Part shown: piece after piece, positions 43,672 to 55,086 of the stretch
Numbering within the stretch: position 1 is the stretch's first letter
Layout: every line of letters begins with the position of its first letter
NCBI GenBank assembly: GCA_028352435.1
Contig: JAOMMB010000002.1
Coordinates: 8,539 to 72,538 of the forward strand
Reading direction: 5' to 3'
DNA length: 64,000 nt
Origin: Candidatus Thioglobus sp.
Lineage (GTDB): Bacteria > Pseudomonadota > Gammaproteobacteria > PS1 > Pseudothioglobaceae
Position numbers and translations under genes: made by a program
The notes under the pieces: model-generated
Database searches by the model: none
Told to the model about the DNA's origin: nothing
The model's input: the letters and a program-made list of their open reading frames with translations, nothing else

Positions 43672-44835
43672 TTACTCCGCTGCTCTTTGTTCTAGAATTT
43701 CTACTGCTGGTAATTTTTTACCTTCAAGAAATTCTAAGAAAGCGCCGCCACCTGTAGAAATATAGCTGATTTTATCTTCAATACCATATTTATCAACTGC
43801 TGCTAATGTATCACCACCACCTGCAATTGAAAATGCATCAGAATCGGCAATTGCCATCGCTAATGTTTTTGTACCACCAGCAAATTGATCAAACTCAAAT
43901 ACGCCCACTGGGCCGTTCCATACAATTGTGCCTGCGCTTTTCATAATTTCAGCTAATTCGTTCGCAGAATTTGGACCAATGTCGAAAATCATATCGTTGT
44001 TAACAACTTCTGTCGAACCTTTCGTTGTAGCTTGTGCAGTTTCAGAAAATTCCTTGCCACAAACAACGTCTGTAGGAACAGGAATTTCACAGTCCTTCAT
44101 TAGTTTTTGTGCAGTAGGAATAAGGTCATTTTCACACAATGATTTACCCACATTGTGGCCTTGAGCCGCAATGAAAGTATTAGCAATACCGCCACCAACA
44201 ACTAACTGGTCAACTATTTTAGATAAAGATTCTAATACCGTTAGCTTAGTTGAAACCTTAGAGCCGCCAACAATCGCCACCATGGGACGCTTAGGGTTAT
44301 CGAGCGCCTTACCTAATGCTTCAAGCTCGCCTGAAAGTAGTGGGCCAGCACAAGCAATCGGTGCATACTTAGCAACACCGTGTGTTGAAGCTTGAGCGCG
44401 GTGCGCAGTTCCAAAAGCGTCCATAGCAAAGATGTCACACATCGCTGCCATTTGTTTTGATAGTGCTTCATCATTGGCCATTTCACCAACATTAAAGCGT
44501 ACATTCTCACATAAAACAACTTCACCATCCTTCATGTCAACACCATTTAACCAGTCATTTTCCAAGCGTACTGTGACGCCTAAAATCTCTGTTAAGCGAT
44601 CTGCAACGGGCTGCAAAGTAAACTCATCACTGTATTCGCCCTCTGTTGGACGACCAAGGTGCGACATTAATAATACTTTTGCACCTTGTTTCATTGCCAT
44701 CTGAATAGTTGGCACTGATGCTTTAATTCGCTTATCACTGGTTACCACGCCGTCTTTAATAGGCACGTTTAAATCTTGACGGATTAAAACTTTTTTAGAG
44801 CCAAGATCTAGATCTGATAAATTGATAACTGACAT
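43672..44835 (-). CDS. pgk: Phosphoglycerate kinase
   Basis: [29 protein letters not shown]. Confidence 0.98.
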   Translation of the reverse strand: MSVINLSDLDLGSKKVLIRQDLNVPIKDGVVTSDKRIKASVPTIQMAMKQGAKVLLMSHLGRPTEGEYSDEFTLQPVADRLTEILGVTVRLENDWLNGVDMKDGEVVLCENVRFNVGEMANDEALSKQMAAMCDIFAMDAFGTAHRAQASTHGVAKYAPIACAGPLLSGELEALGKALDNPKRPMVAIVGGSKVSTKLTVLESLSKIVDQLVVGGGIANTFIAAQGHNVGKSLCENDLIPTAQKLMKDCEIPVPTDVVCGKEFSETAQATTKGSTEVVNNDMIFDIGPNSANELAEIMKSAGTIVWNGPVGVFEFDQFAGGTKTLAMAIADSDAFSIAGGGDTLAAVDKYGIEDKISYISTGGGAFLEFLEGKKLPAVEILEQRAAE

Positions 44836-44852
44836 AATTTTCTCCTAGTTTT

Positions 44853-45242
44853 TTATGCAATTGACTGATCAATTATATTGACCAGTGCTTGCTCAACTGG
44901 ATCGATCACTAGAGATAAGTCTAAATCAGTCAATTGAGCAATATGTTTAGTGGGTGACGCCATTCCAACCTTAGTAGCGCCATCCTTTGTATATACTGAA
45001 ATTCGACAAGGTAAGACACTTGCCAAATCCATATCCATTTCCAGGATATTCTTTGCAACCACTGGATTGCAAATTTCAAACACATGACATTCTTCTCTTA
45101 ATGTCTGGCCTTTTGAGGCTAGTGTTTGTTTAATATCGTAAGAATGCAGAATTCCAAACTTATTGTTTGGAACCGCTTCTTTTAATTTTTCAATAACTTC
45201 TTCAACACTAAGTTGAGAGTCTTTGATGATTAAATCTGGCAT
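44853..45242 (-). CDS. DUF302-family protein
   Basis: FGIL..D, EICNP..A, LPCRISVY motifs. Confidence 0.85.
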   Translation of the reverse strand: MPDLIIKDSQLSVEEVIEKLKEAVPNNKFGILHSYDIKQTLASKGQTLREECHVFEICNPVVAKNILEMDMDLASVLPCRISVYTKDGATKVGMASPTKHIAQLTDLDLSLVIDPVEQALVNIIDQSIA

Positions 45243-45283
45243 ATAAAAACACGACTCACCAAGGCAAGTCGATGTTTTAAATA

Positions 45284-46330
<1,047 letters not shown>

Positions 46331-46382
46331 TTACAAACCTAGGACAATGTGCTCAGCACGCTTACCTAAGTTAATTCTCAAT

Positions 46383-48365
46383 TTAGCCTAATACTTTCTT
46401 TGCCGTTGCAACAACGTTGTCAACTGTGAAGCCAAACTCTTTAAATAATTCACCTGCTGGTGCAGACTCACCGAACGTTTTCATACATACAAGGCCGCCA
46501 TCTAGTCCGACATACTTGTACCATGCATCGCCCACGCCTGCTTCAATAGCCACACGTTTAACGCCTGGTACTAATACTGAATCTTTATAAGCCTGATCTT
46601 GCTCATCAAAAGCATCTGTACAAGGCATAGAAACCACACGTACATTTGCATCCATTGCATCAGCCGCTTCAACCGCTAAACCGACTTCAGAACCAGTTGA
46701 GATAAAGATAATGTCAGCATCGCCGTCACAATCCTTAAGTACGTAACCACCTTTTTCAATATTAGCTACTTGCTCAGCAGTTCTCGGCTGAGGGGTTAGT
46801 GCTTGACGCGAAAACACTAATGCCGTTGGCGCATCGTCACGTAACATAGCCATTTTCCAAGATACTGCAGATTCGATTGCATCACAACCTCTCCATGTTT
46901 GGAAATTCGGAATCATGCGGATCGTTGCAAGTTGCTCAACTGGCTGGTGAGTTGGGCCATCTTCGCCCAAACCGATAGAATCATGTGTGTAAACATAAAT
47001 CGTGCCAATTTTCATTAAAGCAGACATGCGTAATGCATTGCGCATGAATTCCATAAACATGAAGAACGTTGCGCCGTAAACTTTAAAACCACCATGTAGA
47101 ACCATACCGTTCATCATGTGTGCCATACCAAACTCACGAACACCCCAAGAGATGTAGTTACCATTAGCATTGTCTGCATTAACTTTAACAGTGCCTGACC
47201 AGTTGGTTAAATTAGAACCAGTTAAGTCAGCAGAACCACCAAACATTTCTGGTAATAATGGACCCATCGCTTCGATGGCTTTTTGAGATGCCTGACGAGA
47301 AGCAATATTTGGCATTTCTTCTTGAGTTTTGCCAATAAACTTATCCATTTCCATTTCAAAGTTAGCCGGCAGTGTGCCTGACATACGACGCTCAAATTCA
47401 GCTGCATCAGCAGGGAACTCAGCCTTGTATGCTGCAAATGCATCATTCCAAGCGCTCTCATCAGTAGCGCCTTTTTCTTTATGATCCCAGCCAGCATAAA
47501 TATCTGCAGGAATTTCAAATGGTGCTGAATCCCAGCCTAGTTCTTTACGAGTCGCTGCAATCTCTTCATCGCCTAATGGCGCACCATGACAATCATGTGA
47601 ACCAGATAAGTTTGGTGAACCAAAGCCAATAACTGTCTTACAACAGATTAAAGATGGTTTATCAGTAACAGCCTTAGCTTCAGTAATTGCTTTACTAATT
47701 GCATCTGCATCATGGCCATCAACTGCCACAACATGCCAATCGTATGAGTTAAAACGTCCTGGAACGCCTTTTTCCATCCAATCACCAATATGACCGTCAA
47801 TTGAAATATCGTTATCGTCCCAAAATGCGATTAATTTACCCAAACCTAATGTGCCCGCCATCGCACATGATTCGTGCGATAGGCCTTCCATTAAACAACC
47901 ATCGCCCATAAATACGTAAGTATTATGGTCAACAATTTCATGGCCTGGCTTGTTAAATTGTGCGCCCAATGTACGCTCAGCAATTGCCATACCAACCGCG
48001 TTGGTGATACCTTGGCCTAATGGGCCAGTTGTGGTTTCAATACCTTCAGCATAGCCATACTCAGGGTGGCCTGCAGTTTTAGAATGTAATTGACGGAAAT
48101 TTTTAATATCGTCCATGCTTAATTCAAAACCCGTTAAATGGAGTAATGAATACATCAACATTGAGCCATGGCCGTTCGATAAAACGAAACGATCGCGATC
48201 AGCCCACTTAGAGCTAGTTGGATTGTACTTCATGTGGTCATTCCAAAGCACTTCAGCAATATCTGCCATGCCCATTGGAGCACCTGGGTGGCCTGAATTC
48301 GCCTTTTGAACTGCGTCCATACTTAGGGCGCGAATCGCGTTCGCTAGATCTCTGCGTGATGGCAT
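46383..48365 (-). CDS. tkt: Transketolase
   Basis: [42 protein letters not shown]. Confidence 0.98.
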   Translation of the reverse strand: MPSRRDLANAIRALSMDAVQKANSGHPGAPMGMADIAEVLWNDHMKYNPTSSKWADRDRFVLSNGHGSMLMYSLLHLTGFELSMDDIKNFRQLHSKTAGHPEYGYAEGIETTTGPLGQGITNAVGMAIAERTLGAQFNKPGHEIVDHNTYVFMGDGCLMEGLSHESCAMAGTLGLGKLIAFWDDNDISIDGHIGDWMEKGVPGRFNSYDWHVVAVDGHDADAISKAITEAKAVTDKPSLICCKTVIGFGSPNLSGSHDCHGAPLGDEEIAATRKELGWDSAPFEIPADIYAGWDHKEKGATDESAWNDAFAAYKAEFPADAAEFERRMSGTLPANFEMEMDKFIGKTQEEMPNIASRQASQKAIEAMGPLLPEMFGGSADLTGSNLTNWSGTVKVNADNANGNYISWGVREFGMAHMMNGMVLHGGFKVYGATFFMFMEFMRNALRMSALMKIGTIYVYTHDSIGLGEDGPTHQPVEQLATIRMIPNFQTWRGCDAIESAVSWKMAMLRDDAPTALVFSRQALTPQPRTAEQVANIEKGGYVLKDCDGDADIIFISTGSEVGLAVEAADAMDANVRVVSMPCTDAFDEQDQAYKDSVLVPGVKRVAIEAGVGDAWYKYVGLDGGLVCMKTFGESAPAGELFKEFGFTVDNVVATAKKVLG

Positions 48366-48396
48366 ATTTAAATTTCCTTGAATGCAAAAAAGGGCA

Positions 48397-48425
48397 ATTA
48401 TACTTAAAAACTATAAAAATTTCAA
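48397..48425 (-). promoter_or_regulatory. Sigma70 promoter of the tkt operon
   Basis: TTGAAA-17 nt-TATAAT on the minus strand. Confidence 0.7.
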
Positions 48426-48794
48426 GTTGGGCCTAAGTCATTGTTTTAACAATAAAATTTATTAAAATATAGCCTATAAAGCTTAAAAGTCTACTTAGGG
48501 CAATAAAGATATTAAGATTCTTAATATATAAGAATATAATTATATTCTTTAAAATATTGATTTATATTAAATAATTTTAATAAAATACACTTACAATATT
48601 CATTGTTTAAGAAAATTTAAGTAACAATAATAGGAAAATCAGGCATAGATAAAATCACGCACTTAAGCTTAGTTAATCAGGTTAAAGAAATCAAATTATC
48701 GCTTACTCCTGAAGGTATATCGCCACTCTAGCTTACAGTTGGATTAGCAACAAAATAAAAACCGTTGAAAAATAAATCTCATTAAAGTTAAGAC

Positions 48795-48822
48795 AAAAAA
48801 ATACCCCTGAAAAGGGGTATTT
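48795..48822 (-). terminator. Terminator after tRNA-Met
   Basis: AAATACCCCT/AGGGGTATTT stem plus T-run. Confidence 0.8.
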
Positions 48823-48829
48823 GAATAGA

Positions 48830-48906
48830 TGGTGGTTATAGGTGGACTTGAACCACCGACCCCGGCATTATGAATGCCGTGCTCTAACCAGCTGAGCTAC
48901 ATAACC
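48830..48906 (-). tRNA. tRNA-Met (CAT), elongator type
   Basis: GGTTATGTAGCTCAGCTGGTTAGAGCACGGCATTCATAATGCCGGGGTCGGTGGTTCAAGTCCACCTATAACCACCA; TTGACA-17-GATAAT promoter upstream. Confidence 0.93.
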
Positions 48907-48979
48907 AAAGAGCGTGTATTATCGATATATTTGCATAAGTTGTCAATAGCTAAAGCAGAATATTGATAAAATCAAACAC

Positions 48980-49576
48980 ATGAAAATAGCGCTTACAGGC
49001 GGGATTGCCTGCGGTAAATCAAAAGTTAGTCAACTGTTTAAAAAGTTGGGGGCTGAAGTAATTAGCCTCGATGAACTTTCTCGTCAAGTGGTTACGCCTG
49101 ATAGCAAGGGATTGAACCAGTTGATTGAACGCTTTGGTGATGTCATTCTGAATGCGGATAAAACCCTTAATCGAAAAGCTTTACGAGATATTTTGCTTAA
49201 AGATAAAGCCAATCAACAGCTTATTGAAGATATTTTGCATCCAAAAATATTGGAAAAAATGCAAATGGAGATAGAAAAGACTAAAAATAAAGTCATTATT
49301 GTAGAAATACCACTTTTAGTCGAGAAAAATCTGGATTATTTGTTTGATAGAGCCATAATTGTTAATTGTAATGAGATAAATCAGCTAAAAAGATTGATAA
49401 AACGTGAAAATATTAGTGAAAAGTCGGCAAAACAGCAGATTAGTGCGCAAATTAGTGCTGAAGAGCGTCTAGAAATTGCTAAAAAACTACCAACTGACGT
49501 AATTGAAAATAATTCGCAAATTTTTGAAATGGAGGAAAAAGTGGCTAATTTATACCAAAAACTAGCCAATCTGTAA
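48980..49576 (+). CDS. coaE: Dephospho-CoA kinase
   Basis: LTGGIACGKS, LNRKALR, ILHP, EIPLLVE. Confidence 0.93.
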   Translation: MKIALTGGIACGKSKVSQLFKKLGAEVISLDELSRQVVTPDSKGLNQLIERFGDVILNADKTLNRKALRDILLKDKANQQLIEDILHPKILEKMQMEIEKTKNKVIIVEIPLLVEKNLDYLFDRAIIVNCNEINQLKRLIKRENISEKSAKQQISAQISAEERLEIAKKLPTDVIENNSQIFEMEEKVANLYQKLANL

Positions 49577-49873
49577 GCGTTTAACCGCTTTTCCACCAAC
49601 TAAATGCTCGGTGATAATTTCATCAATATCCTCTTCATCAATATACTGGTACCAAATATTATCCGGATACACGACTGCTACAGGTCCGCTTTCGCAGCGA
49701 CCTAAACAGCGAGATTCGCTAACGCCTATTTTACCCTCACCAATTAAACCCTCATTACGGCACTTACCTTTAGCATAGTTATACATTTGCTTAGCCCCTA
49801 GTTGTGAGCAACTAGATTTACCATCCTCACGAATGTTATTACAAAAAAAAATGTGTCGTGTGTAAAAATCCAT
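49562..49873 (-). CDS. Thioredoxin-like [2Fe-2S] ferredoxin
   Basis: HIFFCNN-x-R..C, CLGRC-x-x-GP, VYPD-x-x-WY. Confidence 0.92.
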   Translation of the reverse strand: MDFYTRHIFFCNNIREDGKSSCSQLGAKQMYNYAKGKCRNEGLIGEGKIGVSESRCLGRCESGPVAVVYPDNIWYQYIDEEDIDEIITEHLVGGKAVKRLQIG

Positions 49874-49882
49874 GCTTAACCC

Positions 49883-50713
49883 TTATAAGTCAATTGCGCG
49901 CTGATAACAGTACTTTTTGTCAATGCCAGTAATCTTTGCAGCCAGTTTAGCGGCTTTTGACGCACCCATTTCAACCAATAAAATTGGTAATATTTTATCA
50001 AGCTGCTCCTCGCCCGCCATTTTGTCGTCTTTATCAATACTGGAGATTAAAATAACAAATTCGCCTTTTTGGTGGGTGACATCTTCTTGTAAATAATCAA
50101 GTAAATTAGGCAGTGTGTCAGTTTTAATGGTCTCAAACGATTTAGTGAGTTCTTTGGCAAAACACACAATTCTCTCATCACCTAGAACACTCTGTAAGTC
50201 TTGTGCACAAGCCAAAATACGCTTGGGTGACTCATAGAAAATAACAGTTTGATCAGTATGTGCAATTGCTTGAATGGCTTTAATTCTGGCGGTTTGTTTA
50301 TTAGGCAAAAAACCAAAAAAACCAAATTTATCACTGGCTATGCCTGAGGCGCTCATGGCGCTGATCATTGCACTCGGGCCTGGAATAGGTGATACCATAA
50401 CTCCTGCTTTCTTGGCCTCGCGCACAAGGACATAGCCAGGATCACTAATCAATGGCGTCCCTGCATCGCTAATCAGCGCCATATTCTTACCTTCCAGTAA
50501 ATCATTTACAATAACTTGAGATTTTTGTTTTTCGTTGTGATCATGAAAAGCCCATAGATCTGCTTTAATATCATAATGATTTAACAAGCGCTTAGAATGA
50601 CGTGTGTCTTCAGCCAGAATAACATCTACATTTTTTAGGATTTCAATCGCCCTAAAAGTGATATCATCTAGGTTTCCAATAGGGGTTGCAACAATATAAA
50701 GCGTTCCGTTCAT
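49883..50713 (-). CDS. rsmI: 16S rRNA Cm1402 methyltransferase
   Basis: Start re-called at MNGTLYIVATPIGNLDD; AEDTR, SDAGTPLISDPG, YESP. Confidence 0.96.
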   Translation of the reverse strand: MNGTLYIVATPIGNLDDITFRAIEILKNVDVILAEDTRHSKRLLNHYDIKADLWAFHDHNEKQKSQVIVNDLLEGKNMALISDAGTPLISDPGYVLVREAKKAGVMVSPIPGPSAMISAMSASGIASDKFGFFGFLPNKQTARIKAIQAIAHTDQTVIFYESPKRILACAQDLQSVLGDERIVCFAKELTKSFETIKTDTLPNLLDYLQEDVTHQKGEFVILISSIDKDDKMAGEEQLDKILPILLVEMGASKAAKLAAKITGIDKKYCYQRAIDL

Positions 50714-51083
50714 GTTTAGTATTAAAAGACAAATTGGCAATCAAGCAGAAGACATTGCGCTGAACTATCTGATTCAGCAGGGTCTGGTGCTAATTGAACA
50801 AAACTATCTTACCAAGGTTGGTGAAATAGATATTATTATGCTTGATAAAGCCGAACAAGTATTGGTTTTTGTTGAAGTTCGTTATCGAAAAAATACTCAT
50901 TTTGGATCAGCCACTGACTCAGTTGACCAAACTAAGCAATTAAAAATAATGCGTGCTGCTGAGCACTATCTTGGGTGTCAACAAAAGTTTGATGAATATA
51001 TCTGTCGGTTCGATGTTATTGGACTAGAATCTGATTTAAAATATCCTGAAATAAACTGGATTAAAGACGCCTTCGAGCGCTAA
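50712..51083 (+). CDS. yraN: YraN/UPF0102 family protein
   Basis: G..AE..A..YL, GEIDII, VFVEVRYR, CRFDV. Confidence 0.93.
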   Translation: MFSIKRQIGNQAEDIALNYLIQQGLVLIEQNYLTKVGEIDIIMLDKAEQVLVFVEVRYRKNTHFGSATDSVDQTKQLKIMRAAEHYLGCQQKFDEYICRFDVIGLESDLKYPEINWIKDAFER

Positions 51084-51089
51084 TTATTT

Positions 51090-51830
51090 ATGAAAAAATT
51101 ACTGATTTCTGCTGTATTAATTGCCAACTCATTGTTATTAACAGCGTGTTTGCCTGTTATTCAAGGTGCCTCAACAATGAGCACCATTATCACCACCGCC
51201 AATGACAGGCGCAGTGCGGGCGAGGTGCTAGATGATAGAACTATTATGTTTAAAATGTTTGCTTGGCCAAGCCAAGACCCAATGCTAAAAGATGCCCATC
51301 TTAACTTTATGGTATATAACAAAAGCGTTCTAATTACCGGCGAGGTACCCAGTAATTCGGTGCTTGAACACACCATTAAGCAAGCCAAAATTCAAGACCC
51401 GAAAATCAAACAGGTGTTTAATGAAATTACGGTTGGGCCAAACAGTGGCTTGTTAAGTCGATCAAAAGACACAGTTATTACCACGCAAGTGGAAACACTG
51501 TTTCATGACCAAGAAGTTTTCCATCCAACCTTAGTCAGAGTGATGACTGAAGCTCAAACTGTTTATTTAATGGGCGCTGTAACAAAGCGCGAAGCTCAGA
51601 GCGCTGTTAAAGTTGCATCAAAAGCAAAATGGGTTAAGAAAATTGTTAAGCGCTTTGATTACTTGAAAACTCGACCTGCTGCTGAAATTGAGCGTGATCG
51701 ACAAAGAGAGTTAGCTGCGCTAAAAAAAGCGGAGTTAAGACAACAGCAAGCTGTGCTTGATGCGAAAAAATATAAACTTAAGCAAGAACTTAGAGCGTTA
51801 GATGGTAATTCAGAAGGCACATCTTTTTAG
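51090..51830 (+). CDS. Dual-BON lipoprotein (YraP/DolP-like) with C-terminal coiled-coil extension
   Basis: LTAC lipobox, DRRS-x-G-x-x-x-DD, VLITGEVP, VYLMG-x-VT. Confidence 0.85.
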   Translation: MKKLLISAVLIANSLLLTACLPVIQGASTMSTIITTANDRRSAGEVLDDRTIMFKMFAWPSQDPMLKDAHLNFMVYNKSVLITGEVPSNSVLEHTIKQAKIQDPKIKQVFNEITVGPNSGLLSRSKDTVITTQVETLFHDQEVFHPTLVRVMTEAQTVYLMGAVTKREAQSAVKVASKAKWVKKIVKRFDYLKTRPAAEIERDRQRELAALKKAELRQQQAVLDAKKYKLKQELRALDGNSEGTSF

Positions 51831-51864
51831 CTAATAGTTTTTTCTGAGCACACTTGACAGATTT

Positions 51865-52416
51865 TTATGCTCGCCTGATGGGTGCGAATGAAAACCGATG
51901 CTGGCCTTGAATAGCGCCGTGCTGTTTGAGCGCCGCTAAGTGTACCTTGGTGCCGTAACCCTTATGCTGGGCAAAACCATACTGAGGGTACTTTCGATCT
52001 AGAGCTATCATCTGTCGATCGCGTGTAACTTTAGCAATAATTGACGCTGCTGAAATAACCGGCTCAGTCAAATCACCTTTAATGATCGCCTTACAACGCT
52101 CTAAATCTGGACAGCGATTACCATCTACTAACACTTGATCGTATTTTATATCTAGATTATCAACTGCACGGCGCATGGCTAGCATGGTGGCTTGAAGAAT
52201 ATTAATCTCATCTATCTCTTGCGGGCTAGATTCACCCACCGCCCATTGACACTGTTGAGTAATTAATGCGTATAAAGTTTCACGTTTTTTCTCACTAAGT
52301 TTTTTGGAATCTGTCAATTCGGGCAGGCTAAACTTAGCTGGTAGAATAACAGCACCTGCAACCACAGAGCCTATCAAAGGACCGCGGCCTGCTTCATCAA
52401 CACCAACAATAATCAT
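51865..52416 (-). CDS. rnhB: Ribonuclease HII
   Basis: GVDEAGRG, DSKKL, VDGN, AASIIAKV-x-RD, HKGYGT. Confidence 0.97.
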   Translation of the reverse strand: MIIVGVDEAGRGPLIGSVVAGAVILPAKFSLPELTDSKKLSEKKRETLYALITQQCQWAVGESSPQEIDEINILQATMLAMRRAVDNLDIKYDQVLVDGNRCPDLERCKAIIKGDLTEPVISAASIIAKVTRDRQMIALDRKYPQYGFAQHKGYGTKVHLAALKQHGAIQGQHRFSFAPIRRA

Positions 52417-52431
52417 TTGGGGTGGCAATGT

Positions 52432-53688
52432 TTATTGATATCTAAACATATCAAGCCCTTCGATATCTATTTCAGGTGTTTTTTCAGAAATAATTGAGCT
52501 AATAATCTTTCCTGACCCTAGCCCCATGGTCCATCCCAGAGTACCATGTCCTGTGTTTAAAAATAAATTATCATAAGGTGTTTTCCCAATAATTGGCGTG
52601 CCATCGGGTGTCATTGGTCGCAAACCTGCCCAAAGGTGATCATCTTCTACTTGCTCAGCTGCTTTCGGAAATAAATCTTTAAGGACAAATTGAGTAATGC
52701 GATCACCTGATTTTGACAAACTTTTATCATAGCCTGTAAGTTCTGCAATACCTGCGATGCGAATCGTGTCGCCAAGTCGAGTGATGGCTACTTTATATGT
52801 TTCATCCATGAGTGTGCCTTGTGGAGCATCTGCATCATCCTTGATCGGCATGGTTATGGAATAACCTTTAACTGGATAAATAGGTAAGTTTATACCAAGC
52901 GGGGCAAGGATATCAGTCGACTCACTGCCTAAAGCGATGACATATCTATCTGCTTGATAAAGACCCTTATCTGTCTGAATACCAACAATGCTTTTATTTT
53001 CATAATCAATTTTCTGAATGCTGACATTGAAATCAAACTTAACACCTAAATCCTTACATGCCTGAGTCAAGTGATTGGTAAACGAAAAGCAATTAGCACT
53101 TTGATCCTCAAGGTAGTGTATTCCGCCGAGCATCTTATCCTTCACATGTATAAGTGCAGGCTCAACCTTAATACAACCTTCCACATTTAATTTCTTATAC
53201 TTAACATTGTAAGCATCTAGAACTGCCATATCTTTTTTGGATGCCTCAAGCTGTGCCTGAGTTCTAAATACTTGCAACAAACCATGACTTCTTAGCTCGA
53301 AATCAAAATCGTATTCTTTGACCATCTCAGCAATAGCCTGCTGGGAATATTTTGATACCCGAACCATTCGAGACTTATTAATCTCATATCGACCAACGGT
53401 ACAATTCCTTAAAATTTTAAATAGAAACTTTATCGTTAAAAAGCTAAGCTTGGGATTGATAATTAAAGGCGCATATTTCGCTAACAACCATTTCATGGCC
53501 TTAAATGGAATTCCAGGGCCAGCCCAAGGGGATGACATTCCGTAAGATAATTGGCCTGCATTGGCATAACTGGTGCTTAGTGCTGACGCAGACTCTTGGT
53601 CTACAACTGTCACCTCATGGCCGGCTTTAGCTAGATAATAAGCTGAACTAACGCCAATGATTCCACTACCTGCGACTAAAATTTTCAT
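52432..53688 (-). CDS. dadA: D-amino acid dehydrogenase
   Basis: GSGIIG, TSYANAGQLS, YPVKGYS, WAGLRPMTPDG, NTGHGTLGWT. Confidence 0.93.
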   Translation of the reverse strand: MKILVAGSGIIGVSSAYYLAKAGHEVTVVDQESASALSTSYANAGQLSYGMSSPWAGPGIPFKAMKWLLAKYAPLIINPKLSFLTIKFLFKILRNCTVGRYEINKSRMVRVSKYSQQAIAEMVKEYDFDFELRSHGLLQVFRTQAQLEASKKDMAVLDAYNVKYKKLNVEGCIKVEPALIHVKDKMLGGIHYLEDQSANCFSFTNHLTQACKDLGVKFDFNVSIQKIDYENKSIVGIQTDKGLYQADRYVIALGSESTDILAPLGINLPIYPVKGYSITMPIKDDADAPQGTLMDETYKVAITRLGDTIRIAGIAELTGYDKSLSKSGDRITQFVLKDLFPKAAEQVEDDHLWAGLRPMTPDGTPIIGKTPYDNLFLNTGHGTLGWTMGLGSGKIISSIISEKTPEIDIEGLDMFRYQ

Positions 53689-53809
53689 AAGGTCATTATA
53701 GCAATGTAATGTGATTTTTAGAGCACAAAATATGGTGCACTTTTAGAGAGCAAAAAGCAAACTTAATTGACTTAATTAATGCACTATTTCACACATGAAA
53801 TTGTATTTA

Positions 53810-55078
53810 TTACTCGATAGCTTTAAAGCCAATATCAGTTCTGAAGTAAGCACTTGGCCAGTTAATTTTTTCAAGCAATTGATAGGCATTTGTTTGCGCC
53901 TGCTTAGTGTCAGCACCTAAAGCAGTTGCACATAGGACTCGGCCACCGCATGTAACTACGTCATTGCCATCCATTTTGGTACCCGCATGAAACACCTTAG
54001 CGTCACTAGTATCTGACGGCAATTCAATGACTTCTCCAGATGCATAAGTATCAGGATAACCATTGGCCGCAAGTACAACGCCCATAGCTGAGCGTGCATC
54101 CCATTCAATGTTCGCTTTATTGAGTTTGCCCTGGGTTGCCAGTAAGCATAACTCTGCCAAATTCGATTTAAGGCGCATCATGATTGGCTGGGTTTCTGGA
54201 TCACCAAAACGGCAGTTATATTCTAATACTTTAGACTTTCCTTGGTCATCAATCATCAAACCGGCATATAAAAAACCACTATAAGGACTACCTTCAAGCG
54301 CCATACCATCAACCGTTGGACGAATAACTTTATCCATAACATCTTGAAAAATTTCATCAGTCACAATAGGTGCTGGAGAGTATGCGCCCATGCCACCTGT
54401 ATTAGGACCCTTGTCACCATTATCACGGGCCTTATGATCTTGTGAGGTTGCCATTGGCAAGATATTTTTACCATCGACCATAACAATAAAGCTTGCTTCT
54501 TCGCCCACTAAAAATTCTTCAATAACCACGCGAGAACCCGCCGCACCAAATCGGTTACCCTCTAGCATATCGTTAATTGCAACCACTGCTTCTACTTCTG
54601 TATTGGCGATAATAACACCTTTTCCTGCTGCCAGGCCATCAGCTTTAATTACAATCGGTGTGCCTTTTTCTTGCACATAGGCTATCGCAGGATCAACCTC
54701 GGTAAATACGTCGTAATAAGCAGTTGGAATATTGTTTCGATGCAAAAAATCTTTACAAAATGCCTTAGAGCCTTCGAGTTGTGAAGCCGCTTGTGTTGGG
54801 CCAAAAATAGCCAATCCTTGGGCTTGAAAACGATCTACTACACCCATTACTAATGGCGCTTCAGGGCCAACAATAGTAATATCAATTTGGTTATCTTGGG
54901 AAAATTTAATCAGCCCATCAATATCCTCAGCGTCAATATTAACATTAGTGAGCTTGTCTTCTAGCTCGGTACCGGCATTGCCAGGTGCAACAAAAATTTT
55001 TTTAATATTATCAAACTTCGCACATTGCCATGCCAAGGCGTGCTCGCGGCCGCCAGCACCAATTACTAAAACTTTCAT
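53810..55078 (-). CDS. purD: Phosphoribosylamine-glycine ligase
   Basis: GAGGREHAL, KADGLAAGKGV, GPNTGGMGAY, RFGDPE. Confidence 0.98.
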   Translation of the reverse strand: MKVLVIGAGGREHALAWQCAKFDNIKKIFVAPGNAGTELEDKLTNVNIDAEDIDGLIKFSQDNQIDITIVGPEAPLVMGVVDRFQAQGLAIFGPTQAASQLEGSKAFCKDFLHRNNIPTAYYDVFTEVDPAIAYVQEKGTPIVIKADGLAAGKGVIIANTEVEAVVAINDMLEGNRFGAAGSRVVIEEFLVGEEASFIVMVDGKNILPMATSQDHKARDNGDKGPNTGGMGAYSPAPIVTDEIFQDVMDKVIRPTVDGMALEGSPYSGFLYAGLMIDDQGKSKVLEYNCRFGDPETQPIMMRLKSNLAELCLLATQGKLNKANIEWDARSAMGVVLAANGYPDTYASGEVIELPSDTSDAKVFHAGTKMDGNDVVTCGGRVLCATALGADTKQAQTNAYQLLEKINWPSAYFRTDIGFKAIE

Positions 55079-55086
55079 ATTCTTTC

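Noticed and set aside
48645-48731. 28-codon frame beginning ATA after AGGA
   Set aside because: Non-standard start, no recognisable similarity; cannot support as CDS or pseudogene
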